Part shown: one piece after another, positions 9,450 to 17,989 of the stretch
Numbering within the stretch: the first letter of the stretch is position 1
Layout: each line of letters starts with the position of its first letter
From: Vicinamibacteria bacterium
Lineage (GTDB): Bacteria > Acidobacteriota > Vicinamibacteria > Marinacidobacterales > Marinacidobacteraceae
Length of the DNA stretch: 64,000 nt
Reading direction: 5' to 3'
Assembly (NCBI GenBank): GCA_965199715.1
Contig: OZ241322.1
Span: 128,001 to 192,000 of the forward strand
Translations under genes and position numbers: made by a program
Notes under the pieces: generated by a model
What the model saw: the letters and a program-made list of their open reading frames with translations, nothing else
Database searches by the model: none
Told to the model about the DNA's origin: nothing

Positions 9450-10892
9450 TCAGCGCCTCGCCGCGTGGAGCGGGAGCGCGAGCACGCTCGCCCGTACCCG
9501 GATGATCGTGTGGAGCGCCCGGTCGGGTCGGAAGAACGAGCCGCCGCGCCGGATGTCGTAGCCGAGCACCACGAGGTCGCCCGGCTCGGTCATCGTCGCC
9601 ACCTGCCGGGGCACGTTGCCGACCCCCTCGATGACCGGGACGCGGGTCCGGTAGAGCCGGCCCATGCGCTCGATGGTGGCGACGAGCACCTCGTCATGGT
9701 CCTCGGGCTCCCGGCTGATGAACGACGGCGGCCGCACCGAGAGGATCGCGAACGGGATGTCGAACTGGCGGGCGAGGCCGAGCGCGGTGTCCGCCGCCCG
9801 CAGCGTGCTCTCGAGGTCGGTGACCGGCAGCACGACCCGCTCCCACGGGAAACGCCCGCCGGGGAGGAGCACCGGGCAGGGGAAGCCGGCCATCGTCGCG
9901 AGCGAGCGGCTCGTGTTCAGGCCGAGCCGGGCGAACAGCGACGGCTCCTGGCGCGGGAACACCACGCAGCCGGCCTCGGACCCGGTGTCCTCGACCGGAT
10001 TCCGGCCGAGCGGAACCACGTCGAGCTCGTCGTCGGGAACCGCGAATCCGTCGGGCGGCGCCACGCCGGGCGCGGCCACGACCCGGCAGCGTTTCGCCCG
10101 GGACGAGCGGAACAGGTATCCCGCCTCGCGCCAGACGATCGATGGAAGCCGCCGGTCGGCGTACACCACGAGGTCGCTCCCGAACTGCAGCGGAAACAGC
10201 GACTTCCCCTCGCGGAGGAACTCGGCGGCCCCGGGGGCGACTTCGGGATCGCCGGTGATGAGCAGCCGGTCGCCCGCCTCGATGGTCGCGGCCCCGTCGG
10301 GGACGACGAAGGTGCCCGATCGGTAGATCCCGGCGACGAGCCACTTGCGGGCGCCGAGGTCCCGAAGGCGCACGCCGATCGCCGGCGAGGTGGGGAGCAC
10401 CTGGATCTCGCGGATTTCCCCGAGGCCGAGCCCGAGCGTCGTCGCGACCTGGTGCGAGTGCTCGACCCGGTTGCGGATCTGGGTCGCGATCACGACCGGA
10501 CGCGCGATGCTCGTCGCGCCGGTCTCGCGCAGCCCGGCGCCGCGCTCCTCGGCGCGGACGGTGCCGAGCGTGCTCGGCCGCGGGTTCAGTTCGCCCGCGA
10601 CCCGGCAGATTTCGGCGTTGACGTCGTCGCGGTCGGTAGTGGCGATGACCCAGTCGGCGCCCTCGGCCCCGGCGTCGCGAAGCGCGAGCGCGCAGGTGCC
10701 GTCCCGCGCCAGCGTGCGCAGGGGCTTGCCGGTCCAGCCTTCTTCGAGCCGCTCCAGCTTGGCGGGCTCAAGGTCGAGCACCACCACGCGGCGGTCGGGG
10801 CCGAGCTGGCGCGCGACTTCGCTGCCGGTCTGCCCGGCCCCGACGATGACGACCCGGGACGGCTCTTCCCATCCCGGGTCGCGACCGGTCAA
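9450..10892 (-). CDS. TrkA_N/TrkA_C (RCK) protein with C-terminal USP-like domains
   Basis: VIVGAGQTG Rossmann motif, TDRDDVN, TrkA_C-like SPAIG...IEAGDRL, USP-like RVVLPV...SVLALP. Confidence 0.75.
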   Translation of the reverse strand: MTGRDPGWEEPSRVVIVGAGQTGSEVARQLGPDRRVVVLDLEPAKLERLEEGWTGKPLRTLARDGTCALALRDAGAEGADWVIATTDRDDVNAEICRVAGELNPRPSTLGTVRAEERGAGLRETGATSIARPVVIATQIRNRVEHSHQVATTLGLGLGEIREIQVLPTSPAIGVRLRDLGARKWLVAGIYRSGTFVVPDGAATIEAGDRLLITGDPEVAPGAAEFLREGKSLFPLQFGSDLVVYADRRLPSIVWREAGYLFRSSRAKRCRVVAAPGVAPPDGFAVPDDELDVVPLGRNPVEDTGSEAGCVVFPRQEPSLFARLGLNTSRSLATMAGFPCPVLLPGGRFPWERVVLPVTDLESTLRAADTALGLARQFDIPFAILSVRPPSFISREPEDHDEVLVATIERMGRLYRTRVPVIEGVGNVPRQVATMTEPGDLVVLGYDIRRGGSFFRPDRALHTIIRVRASVLALPLHAARR

Positions 10893-10902
10893 CTGCGAGC
10901 GA

Positions 10903-11646
10903 TCACTCGTGGTGACGGTGGGCTTCGATGATCGAAACGACCGCGCCCTCGGTGAAGGGCGCCACGTCCAGCAGCGTGATCGGCTCCTGCGGGTCGGTGT
11001 CGGCGCTCTTCAGCATGAAGTCCTCCCCCGTGGCCGTGCCGGCGTCGTAGGCGTGCGAGGTCAGCTCGATCTCGTCCAGCCAGTTGCCGTCCTCGTCCAT
11101 GGCGCACGTGGACTCGACGCCGATGAACCAGTCGGTGCTGGGCGCGATCATCTGCGCGAAGGTCACGCACGGCGCCTCGGCCTCGAGCTCGATCTCGGCG
11201 TGGTCGGCCAGGAGGAGCGCCTGCAGCTCCGATTCCATGGTCATGAACGGCGGGATGCCCATGGCTTCCAGTTCGGCCGCGAGCACGTCCGACGCGCCGC
11301 TCTCGGCGAGAACCTTCAGCCCGGGCGAGGCGATGCCGCCCTCCTCGAAGATCGTGACGTCCCTCGGATGGAACGCCATGACGACGAAGGGCGCCACGCC
11401 GACGCCATCCGGGAACGGAACCGCGCCGAGCGACTGCAGAATCGGGCTCGACGAGATCATCGGCGAGTACGTGATGTCGTAGTGGGCGCTGGTCTCCGGC
11501 TCGGGCTCGGGGGCCGGAGCGGGGGCCGGCGCCGGAGCGGGGGCGGGCGTGGGCGCCGGCGTGGACGACGAGTCGTCGTCGCTGCAGGACGCCAGTCCGA
11601 GCGCCAGCCCGAACGTCAGGGAAAGAAACAGATGTCGCGTCGTCAT
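10903..11646 (-). CDS. Spondin_N-domain lipoprotein with Pro/Ala-rich linker
   Basis: LASC lipobox, (PA)n tract, ASPGLKVLAESG, MIAPSTDWFIGV, YDAGT motifs; AAGGAG RBS and TACAAT upstream. Confidence 0.85.
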   Translation of the reverse strand: MTTRHLFLSLTFGLALGLASCSDDDSSSTPAPTPAPAPAPAPAPAPEPEPETSAHYDITYSPMISSSPILQSLGAVPFPDGVGVAPFVVMAFHPRDVTIFEEGGIASPGLKVLAESGASDVLAAELEAMGIPPFMTMESELQALLLADHAEIELEAEAPCVTFAQMIAPSTDWFIGVESTCAMDEDGNWLDEIELTSHAYDAGTATGEDFMLKSADTDPQEPITLLDVAPFTEGAVVSIIEAHRHHE

Positions 11647-13256
11647 GTAGCGGTCGCTCCTTGTGTGTTCGACGGCGTGATTGTATCCATTGCGGCGGCG
11701 GCGGCCGTGCGGATCGGATCCACGCCCGCTTCGAACCCGTCCGCCGCGCGCTTGAGGCCGCTGGCGCGTCCGAAGTATCCGGTCAGGACGGTCTCCTCGA
11801 CCGCCCGAACCTCGTGCCCGAGGCGCCGCAGGCCGTCCGCGATCTCGTTTCCGGCGCGCTCGTCGAGGTCGATGGCGCCCACGTCGCAGTGCATGCGCGG
11901 CCCTCCCGCCGCGTCCCGCATCGAGCGCCCCTGCTCGAAGACCCGGGCCATGAGCAGCGACGCCGCCGAGATCAGCCGCCGGCCGCCGGGGGCGCCCGCG
12001 ACCGCCGCGAGGCCGTCCCCGTCGAAGGCCATGAGGCCGGTCGCGGCATGCAGCGCGAGCCGGCCCGGCGCCGCCGAGACGCGGGTTCCCGGACGCGGGT
12101 CGAACCACATCATGCCGTTGTTGATCGGATAGCCGAGGCCGGGGACGGTCCACGCCGAGCCGAACCGGCCGCCGAGCGTCGCCGTCAGCGCCACCGCCAT
12201 CCCGTCCTGATCGACTGCGTTCACGTGGGTGGTGCAGTCGCCGTCGGCGGCCCTGGACGGATCGACCGCGGTCCGCCCGCCGGCGCGCCGCCCGGCGAGG
12301 TAGTCGGGGTCGAGCAGCGGCGCGACGGGTCCCGGAAGCCGCTCGAACCGGTCCTCGAAGGCGAGCCGCAGCGACTGCGCGAGCCGGTGGAGGAACCGGA
12401 CCTCGTCGCCCGGCTCGAGCGCGTCCAGATGCAGCAGCGTCTGGGCGAGCGTCGGGCCGCCGGACGAGCCGCCGAGCGTGGCCACGTCGAGGCCCCGGTA
12501 GCGGAACCGAAGCGGCTCCTCCCAACGGGTCTCGCCCTTGAGATCGGCCCGGGTCAGCACGCTCTCGCCGGCGAGGAGCCGCTCGGCCTGCTCGCCCTCC
12601 CGAAACGGCGCCGCCCCGTCCCGGGCGAACGCCCGAAGCGAGCGGGCGAGGTCCGGGTTCCGCAGCGGCGCGCCCGGAGTCTGGAACCCGTCGCCCTGGA
12701 CATGCAGGCGCGCCGCCGCCGGGCACTTCGCGAGCCGGCGGGCGCCGGCCGCCCGGTGCGCGAAGAACGCCCAGTCGGGGACGAAACCGTCCTCGGCCAT
12801 CCGGATCGCCGGCTCCGCCACGCGCTCGCGCGGCAGCCGCCCGAACCGGCCGTGAAGCGCGTCGAGCACCGCCGGGGCGGTCGGCGCGCAGATCGAGGTC
12901 GGCCCGGTCTCGGCCCGGTCGCCGCGTGTCGGCGGAAACCCGTAGAGGCCCCCGCCCACGCCGGCAAGCGGCTCGAACATGTCCTCCGAAGCGGCGAGCG
13001 GAGCGCGGGCGATCCCCTGGATCGCCTCGACGCGGCCCCCGGCGAAGACCACGGCGTACGCGGTGCCGCCGAGACCGCTCATCGAAGGCTCCGAGACCCC
13101 CGAAGCCAGCGCGGCGGCGACCGCGGCGTCCACGGCGTTGCCGCCGTCGCGGAGGATCCCGGCCCCGGCGCGCGCCGCGTCCCGGCTCATCGCGGTCACG
13201 ACGTTGGCGCCCGACGCCGGCGACCGCGCCGGCAGCGAGACGCTCTCGCGGATCAC
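11643..13256 (-). CDS. ggt: Gamma-glutamyltransferase family protein
   Basis: GGNAVDAAVAA, SGLGG, TTHVNAVD nucleophile, GAPGGRR; GTG start overlaps the upstream stop. Confidence 0.85.
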   Translation of the reverse strand: MIRESVSLPARSPASGANVVTAMSRDAARAGAGILRDGGNAVDAAVAAALASGVSEPSMSGLGGTAYAVVFAGGRVEAIQGIARAPLAASEDMFEPLAGVGGGLYGFPPTRGDRAETGPTSICAPTAPAVLDALHGRFGRLPRERVAEPAIRMAEDGFVPDWAFFAHRAAGARRLAKCPAAARLHVQGDGFQTPGAPLRNPDLARSLRAFARDGAAPFREGEQAERLLAGESVLTRADLKGETRWEEPLRFRYRGLDVATLGGSSGGPTLAQTLLHLDALEPGDEVRFLHRLAQSLRLAFEDRFERLPGPVAPLLDPDYLAGRRAGGRTAVDPSRAADGDCTTHVNAVDQDGMAVALTATLGGRFGSAWTVPGLGYPINNGMMWFDPRPGTRVSAAPGRLALHAATGLMAFDGDGLAAVAGAPGGRRLISAASLLMARVFEQGRSMRDAAGGPRMHCDVGAIDLDERAGNEIADGLRRLGHEVRAVEETVLTGYFGRASGLKRAADGFEAGVDPIRTAAAAAMDTITPSNTQGATAT

Positions 13257-14170
13257 GCGACGTTGCCGCCGCACAGCGGCGTCGCCGCCCTCAGTCCCTT
13301 GAACCGCTCCCGGTGCTCGAGGAGCGCGGCGATCCCGGCGGCTCCCGCCGGCTCGACGACCAGTCCGAGCGTGCGCAGCAGCAGCGCCCCGGCCTCCTCG
13401 ATGGCCTCCTCGCCGACCTCGACCACGGCGTCCACGACGGCGCGCATGACGGTCACCGCCTCGGGCACCGGCACCCGGACCGCGATCCCGTCGGCGGCGG
13501 TGCGCGGCGGCTCGTCGGAGGGACTCGCGTCCCCGGTCCGGAACGCGCGGCGCATCACCGGCGCGCCGCGGGCGACCACGCCGATCACTCGCATCTCGGG
13601 CGCGCGGGCCTTGATCCAGGCCCCCATGCCCCCGATGAGCGCGCCGTTGCCCACCGGGATCAGCGCCGCGTCGCCGTGGAACGATCGGGTCAGCTCCAGC
13701 GCGATCCCCCCGGCCCCCTCGGCGATCTCCGGTTCGCGCCCGTCCTCGACGAAGGTCGCCGGGAACGCCCGCGCCGCCTCCTTGGCCGCGTCGAAGTCCT
13801 CGCCGACCTGGCGCACGTCGGCGCCGAGCGCCCGCATCGCCGCGATCTTCTTCGGGTTGGCGCGCAGGCTTGAAAACACCGTCAGCGGAATCCGGTGCTT
13901 GCGGGCCGCCCAGGCGAGCCCTTGTCCGAAGTTGCCGGCGGACCCGGTGACCCAGCCGCCGCTCGTCTCCGGGCCCCGCCGGGCGGCGAACCAGCACGCG
14001 CCCCGGGCCTTGAAGCTGCGGATCGGATTCACGGACTCGACCTTGACCGTGACCTCGGTCCCGAGCGCGTCGTCGAGCGCCGGCGACCGGTACTGCGGGG
14101 TGTCGCGGAACTCCGGCGGCGTGTCCGCCCACGCGGCTTCGATCCCGGCGATCGTGGGGGCTGCGGTCAT
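13253..14170 (-). CDS. PLP-dependent threonine/serine dehydratase family enzyme
   Basis: SFKARGA, SAGNFG, PVGNGAL, EPAGAAG, CGGN motifs. Confidence 0.88.
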   Translation of the reverse strand: MTAAPTIAGIEAAWADTPPEFRDTPQYRSPALDDALGTEVTVKVESVNPIRSFKARGACWFAARRGPETSGGWVTGSAGNFGQGLAWAARKHRIPLTVFSSLRANPKKIAAMRALGADVRQVGEDFDAAKEAARAFPATFVEDGREPEIAEGAGGIALELTRSFHGDAALIPVGNGALIGGMGAWIKARAPEMRVIGVVARGAPVMRRAFRTGDASPSDEPPRTAADGIAVRVPVPEAVTVMRAVVDAVVEVGEEAIEEAGALLLRTLGLVVEPAGAAGIAALLEHRERFKGLRAATPLCGGNVA

Positions 14171-14207
14171 GGCGGCGGATGGTATTCGTCTGCCATAGAC
14201 TCACCCC

Positions 14208-15320
14208 ATGCCCAAGAACCTGAGCCGCCGTCAGTTCGTCCAGACCGGCGCCGCCGCGGCGGCCGCCCTCGGAGTCTCGCGGGCCGCTCCCGCGGTGCAG
14301 TCCTCGGGGCCGCGCCCGGTGGTCATCTCGTCGGGCAACGGCAACCGCTACAAGAACGGCGGCGACGAGGTCGTCGTCCAGCGGGCGTTCCGCATGATGA
14401 CCGAGGGGACCGACATTCTCGAGAGCCTCATCGCCGGCGTGAACATCGTCGAGCACGATCCCGAGGACGCGAGCGTCGGGTACGGCGGGCTGCCGAACGC
14501 CGACGGGGTGGTCGCGCTGGACTCGTGCTGCATGCACGGCCCGACGCGGCGCGCCGGCGGAGTCGCCGGGATCGAGGGCGTGCGGACGCCGTCGCTCGTG
14601 GCCCACGCGGTCATGCAGAACACCGACCACCACCTGCTGGTCGGCGAGGGGGCGCAGCGCTTCGCCCGCAACATGGGCCACAAGATCGAGGACGACCTCA
14701 ACTCCGAACTCTCGCGGAGCCGCTGGCTCGAGTGGAAGCGCCGGATCGACCCCGGCCACTACCTCGACCCGAAGAAGCGCGCCGCCGCCGGTCACGCCGC
14801 CGGGCTCGCGATGGTGCGCGACGGCCTCATCGACGAGGAGCACTACTACGGGACCATCAACTGCGACGGCCTGAACGCGAACGGCGACCTCGCCGGGGTC
14901 ACGACCACCAGCGGGCTCGCGTGGAAGATCCCCGGTCGCGTCGGCGACTCGCCGATCCTCGGGGCCGGGCTCTACGTGGACAACGCCGTGGGAGCCGCGG
15001 GCTCGACCGGGCGCGGCGAGGCGAACCTCTACGGCCTGTGCTCGTTCCACATCGTCGAGGAGATGCGGCGCGGCGCCCACCCGAAGGACGCGGCGATGGC
15101 CGCGCTCCAGCGGGTCAAGGACAACACCGTCGAGGAGCGCCTGCTGAACTCGCGGGGCCTGCCGGCGTTCGGCCTGTCGTTCTACGTCGTGAACAAGGAC
15201 GGCGTCCACGCCGGGGTCTCGATGTATACGAGCGCACGTTCGAGCTACGCGGTCTGCGACGAGAACGGCCCCCGGTCCGAGTCGATGGAGGCGTTCCTCG
15301 AGGGAAGCGCGTCGGACTGA
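14208..15320 (+). CDS. Tat-exported glycosylasparaginase/isoaspartyl peptidase (asparaginase_2, Ntn hydrolase)
   Basis: SRRQF Tat motif, SVGYGGLPN, GTI nucleophile, TTTSGLAWKIPGRVGDSPILGAG. Confidence 0.9.
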   Translation: MPKNLSRRQFVQTGAAAAAALGVSRAAPAVQSSGPRPVVISSGNGNRYKNGGDEVVVQRAFRMMTEGTDILESLIAGVNIVEHDPEDASVGYGGLPNADGVVALDSCCMHGPTRRAGGVAGIEGVRTPSLVAHAVMQNTDHHLLVGEGAQRFARNMGHKIEDDLNSELSRSRWLEWKRRIDPGHYLDPKKRAAAGHAAGLAMVRDGLIDEEHYYGTINCDGLNANGDLAGVTTTSGLAWKIPGRVGDSPILGAGLYVDNAVGAAGSTGRGEANLYGLCSFHIVEEMRRGAHPKDAAMAALQRVKDNTVEERLLNSRGLPAFGLSFYVVNKDGVHAGVSMYTSARSSYAVCDENGPRSESMEAFLEGSASD

Positions 15321-15322
15321 GC

Positions 15323-15619
15323 GTGCGGGTTCTGCTGATCCTGCTGCTCGCGGTTCCGGCGGCCGCCCAGGAGGAGCCGGAAGAGCCGAAGAAGCCGGCG
15401 ATCGACCTCGACTACCGGGTCGAGAACCCGCTGGATCTCCTCGCCCCGCAGGAGCGGTTCGACCGGCAGTGGCGGCGCATCTGGCGGAACCTCGGAACGC
15501 GCTACCACCTCTACCCGGCGGAGCAGGCCGGAAACGGGAACGGGCCGCCGCGCATCTTCGGGGGCGGCTGGAACTACAGCCTGTGGCGCGACCCGGTCAC
15601 CGGCTGGCCCGCGTTCTGA
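15323..15619 (+). CDS. Small secreted hypothetical protein
   Basis: Signal peptide VRVLLILLLAVPAAAQ; fills the gap between flanking genes with host-like codons. Confidence 0.6.
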   Translation: MRVLLILLLAVPAAAQEEPEEPKKPAIDLDYRVENPLDLLAPQERFDRQWRRIWRNLGTRYHLYPAEQAGNGNGPPRIFGGGWNYSLWRDPVTGWPAF

Positions 15620-15629
15620 CCCCCGCCGC

Positions 15630-16913
15630 ATGCGGATCCTGAGCTTCACCGCGGGGGCGGGCAGCATGCTCTGCGGGAGCTGCATCCGCGACAACGCGCT
15701 GGCGCGGGCGCTCCGGGCGCGCGGGCATTCGGTGCGGCTGGTTCCGCTGTACGCCCGCTCGCGCACCGACGAGGAGAACGTCTCCGAGGATCGGGTCCGC
15801 TTCGGCGGGGTCTCGGTGTGGGCGCAGCACGCCGCCCCGCTGTTCCGCCGGGCGCCGCTGTTCGACTGGCTGCTGGACTCGGGCCCGATGATCGAGCTCG
15901 CCGGGCGGCTCGGCTCCTCGACCGACCCGGAGGGGCTCGGCCCCCTGACGGTGACGACGCTGCGGGGCGCGTCGGGAGCCGCCGGGCGGGCGGTGGAGCG
16001 CTTCCGCCGGTCGCTCGAAGGGTTGGAGACGGACCTCGTCGTGCTGCCCAACTCGCTGCTGCTCGCGCTGGTTCCCCCGCTGAAGGCGACGCTCGGCCGC
16101 CCGGTCGCGGTGACGTTCTCCGGCGAGGACCTCTTCCTCGAGCGGCTGCCCGAGGCGCACCGCGCGGAGTCGCTGCGGCTGATGCGCGAACTGGCCCCGT
16201 CCGCGGACGTGTTCGTGGGCGTGACCGGGCACCACGCCCGCGACATGGCGTCCCGGCTGGGCGTGCCCGAGGACCGGGTGCGCGTGGCGCCGCTCGGCGT
16301 GGACGCCGCCGGGTTCCCCGAGGCTCCCCGGGCGAGCGGCGACGGGCCGGTGCGGATCGGGTTCTTCTCGCGGATCGCCCCGGAGAAGGGTCTCGACCGG
16401 CTCGCGGCCGCGGTCGCGCTCCTCGCCCGGCGCGACGGCGTCCCGCCGCTCGAGCTGCACGTCGCCGGATGGATGGCGGGCAAGCGGCGCAAGTGGCTCG
16501 CCGGAATCGAGGTCGGCTTCCGCCGCGACGCGCCCGGAGTCCCGTTCCGCTACCACGGCTCTCCGGACCGGCCGGAGAAGATCGCGTTTCTCGCGGGGAT
16601 GGACGTGATCGCGATTCCGGCGACCTTCCCCGAGCCGAAGGGCCTTCCGGCGGTGGAGGCGATGACCGCCGGAACGCCGGTCGTCCTGCCGGCGACGGGC
16701 GCCTACCCGGAGCTCGTGGAGCGCACCGGCGGCGGCGTCCTCGCCCGCTCCTCCGAACCCGACGACGTGGCCGACGCCCTGGAGCCGCTCGTGACGTCGC
16801 CCGAGCGCCGGGCCGCGCTCGGCCGCGCCGCGTTCGACGGAGCGCGCAAGCATCACTCGCTGGAGGCGATGGCGGACGCCGCCGAAGCCGTCTATCGGCG
16901 CATCGCCGCCTGA
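15630..16913 (+). CDS. Glycosyltransferase family 4
   Basis: GFFSRIAPEKG, EPKGLPAVEAM, N-terminal CGSC. Confidence 0.88.
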   Translation: MRILSFTAGAGSMLCGSCIRDNALARALRARGHSVRLVPLYARSRTDEENVSEDRVRFGGVSVWAQHAAPLFRRAPLFDWLLDSGPMIELAGRLGSSTDPEGLGPLTVTTLRGASGAAGRAVERFRRSLEGLETDLVVLPNSLLLALVPPLKATLGRPVAVTFSGEDLFLERLPEAHRAESLRLMRELAPSADVFVGVTGHHARDMASRLGVPEDRVRVAPLGVDAAGFPEAPRASGDGPVRIGFFSRIAPEKGLDRLAAAVALLARRDGVPPLELHVAGWMAGKRRKWLAGIEVGFRRDAPGVPFRYHGSPDRPEKIAFLAGMDVIAIPATFPEPKGLPAVEAMTAGTPVVLPATGAYPELVERTGGGVLARSSEPDDVADALEPLVTSPERRAALGRAAFDGARKHHSLEAMADAAEAVYRRIAA

Positions 16914-16927
16914 AGAAGGGAAGTTCG

Positions 16928-17989
16928 ATGGCAGACCCCGCTCGCGACGCGCACGTGCGCGAGATCGTCCGGTGGCATTTCAGCGAGGAGACCGGGTCCC
17001 GGTTCTGGCTGGATTTTCGGGAGAAGCTGGACTTCGACCCGCTGACCGCGGTCCGCGGGTTCGAGGACCTGCGGCGGTTCCCGCCGTTCGAGGATGAGTG
17101 GCTGCGGGGCGGCCCGGTGCGCCGGTGGGTGCCGAAGCCGTTCCAGGACGATCCGCTCTTCGTGTTCGAGACCGGCGGCACGACCGGGATTCCGAAGAGC
17201 CGCACGTCCGCCCGCGACTTCCGCATCGACTACGAGCGGTTCAGCGAGTTCCTCCCCGAGGAGCATTTCCCGAAGGGGGCCAACTGGCTCATGCTCGGCC
17301 CGTCCGGCCCGCGCCGGCTGCGCCTGTCGGTCGAGCATCTCGCGCAGCATCGGGGCGGCATCTGCTTTTCGGTGGACCTCGACCCGCGTTGGGTCATCAA
17401 GCTCATCAAGAAGGGCTGGACCGAGCACCTGAAGGCGTATCAGGACCACGTCGTCGATCAGGGCCTGACCGTGCTCTCCGCCGGCCACGACGTGAAGTGC
17501 CTGTTCACCACGCCGAAGCTGCTGGAGGCGCTCTGCCTGCGGCTCGAGGACGAGGGCCGCACACTCGCCGAGACCGGGATCCAGGGAGTTTTCTCGGGAG
17601 GCACCGAGTTCACGCCGCAGTGGACGCGCTTCGCGATGGAGGAGCTGCTCGACGGCGTGTTCCTCCAGCCGACCTACGGAAACACGCTGATGGGGCTCGC
17701 GCCGGCGCGGCCCCCGGTCCCCGACGACGGCTACAAGATCGCGTACTACCCACCGATGCCCCGCGCCGCGCTGGAGGTCGTCGATCCGGAAACCGGCGAC
17801 GTGGTCGAGTACGGCGCGACCGGGCGGGTGCGGCTGACGACCCTGACCCGGGAGTTCTTCGTGCCCGGCTTCCTCGAGCGCGACGAGGGCGAGCGCGAGC
17901 CGCCGTGGGGCGCGTTCCGGTGGGACGGGGTGAGCGGCGTGCGCCCGTTCTCGAAGCTGCCCGGCGGGACGACGGTGGGAGTGTATTGA
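16928..17989 (+). CDS. Short adenylating enzyme, GriC/EhpF/LuxE-like
   Basis: ETGGTTGIPK P-loop, PTYGNT, ERDEG; GAAGGGAAG before the ATG at 16928. Confidence 0.75.
   Translation: MADPARDAHVREIVRWHFSEETGSRFWLDFREKLDFDPLTAVRGFEDLRRFPPFEDEWLRGGPVRRWVPKPFQDDPLFVFETGGTTGIPKSRTSARDFRIDYERFSEFLPEEHFPKGANWLMLGPSGPRRLRLSVEHLAQHRGGICFSVDLDPRWVIKLIKKGWTEHLKAYQDHVVDQGLTVLSAGHDVKCLFTTPKLLEALCLRLEDEGRTLAETGIQGVFSGGTEFTPQWTRFAMEELLDGVFLQPTYGNTLMGLAPARPPVPDDGYKIAYYPPMPRAALEVVDPETGDVVEYGATGRVRLTTLTREFFVPGFLERDEGEREPPWGAFRWDGVSGVRPFSKLPGGTTVGVY

Noticed and set aside
11643-15209. 1188-aa ORF suggesting a giant GGT fusion
   Set aside because: The upstream part overlaps the dehydratase and asparaginase genes; the real start is the GTG at 13256.
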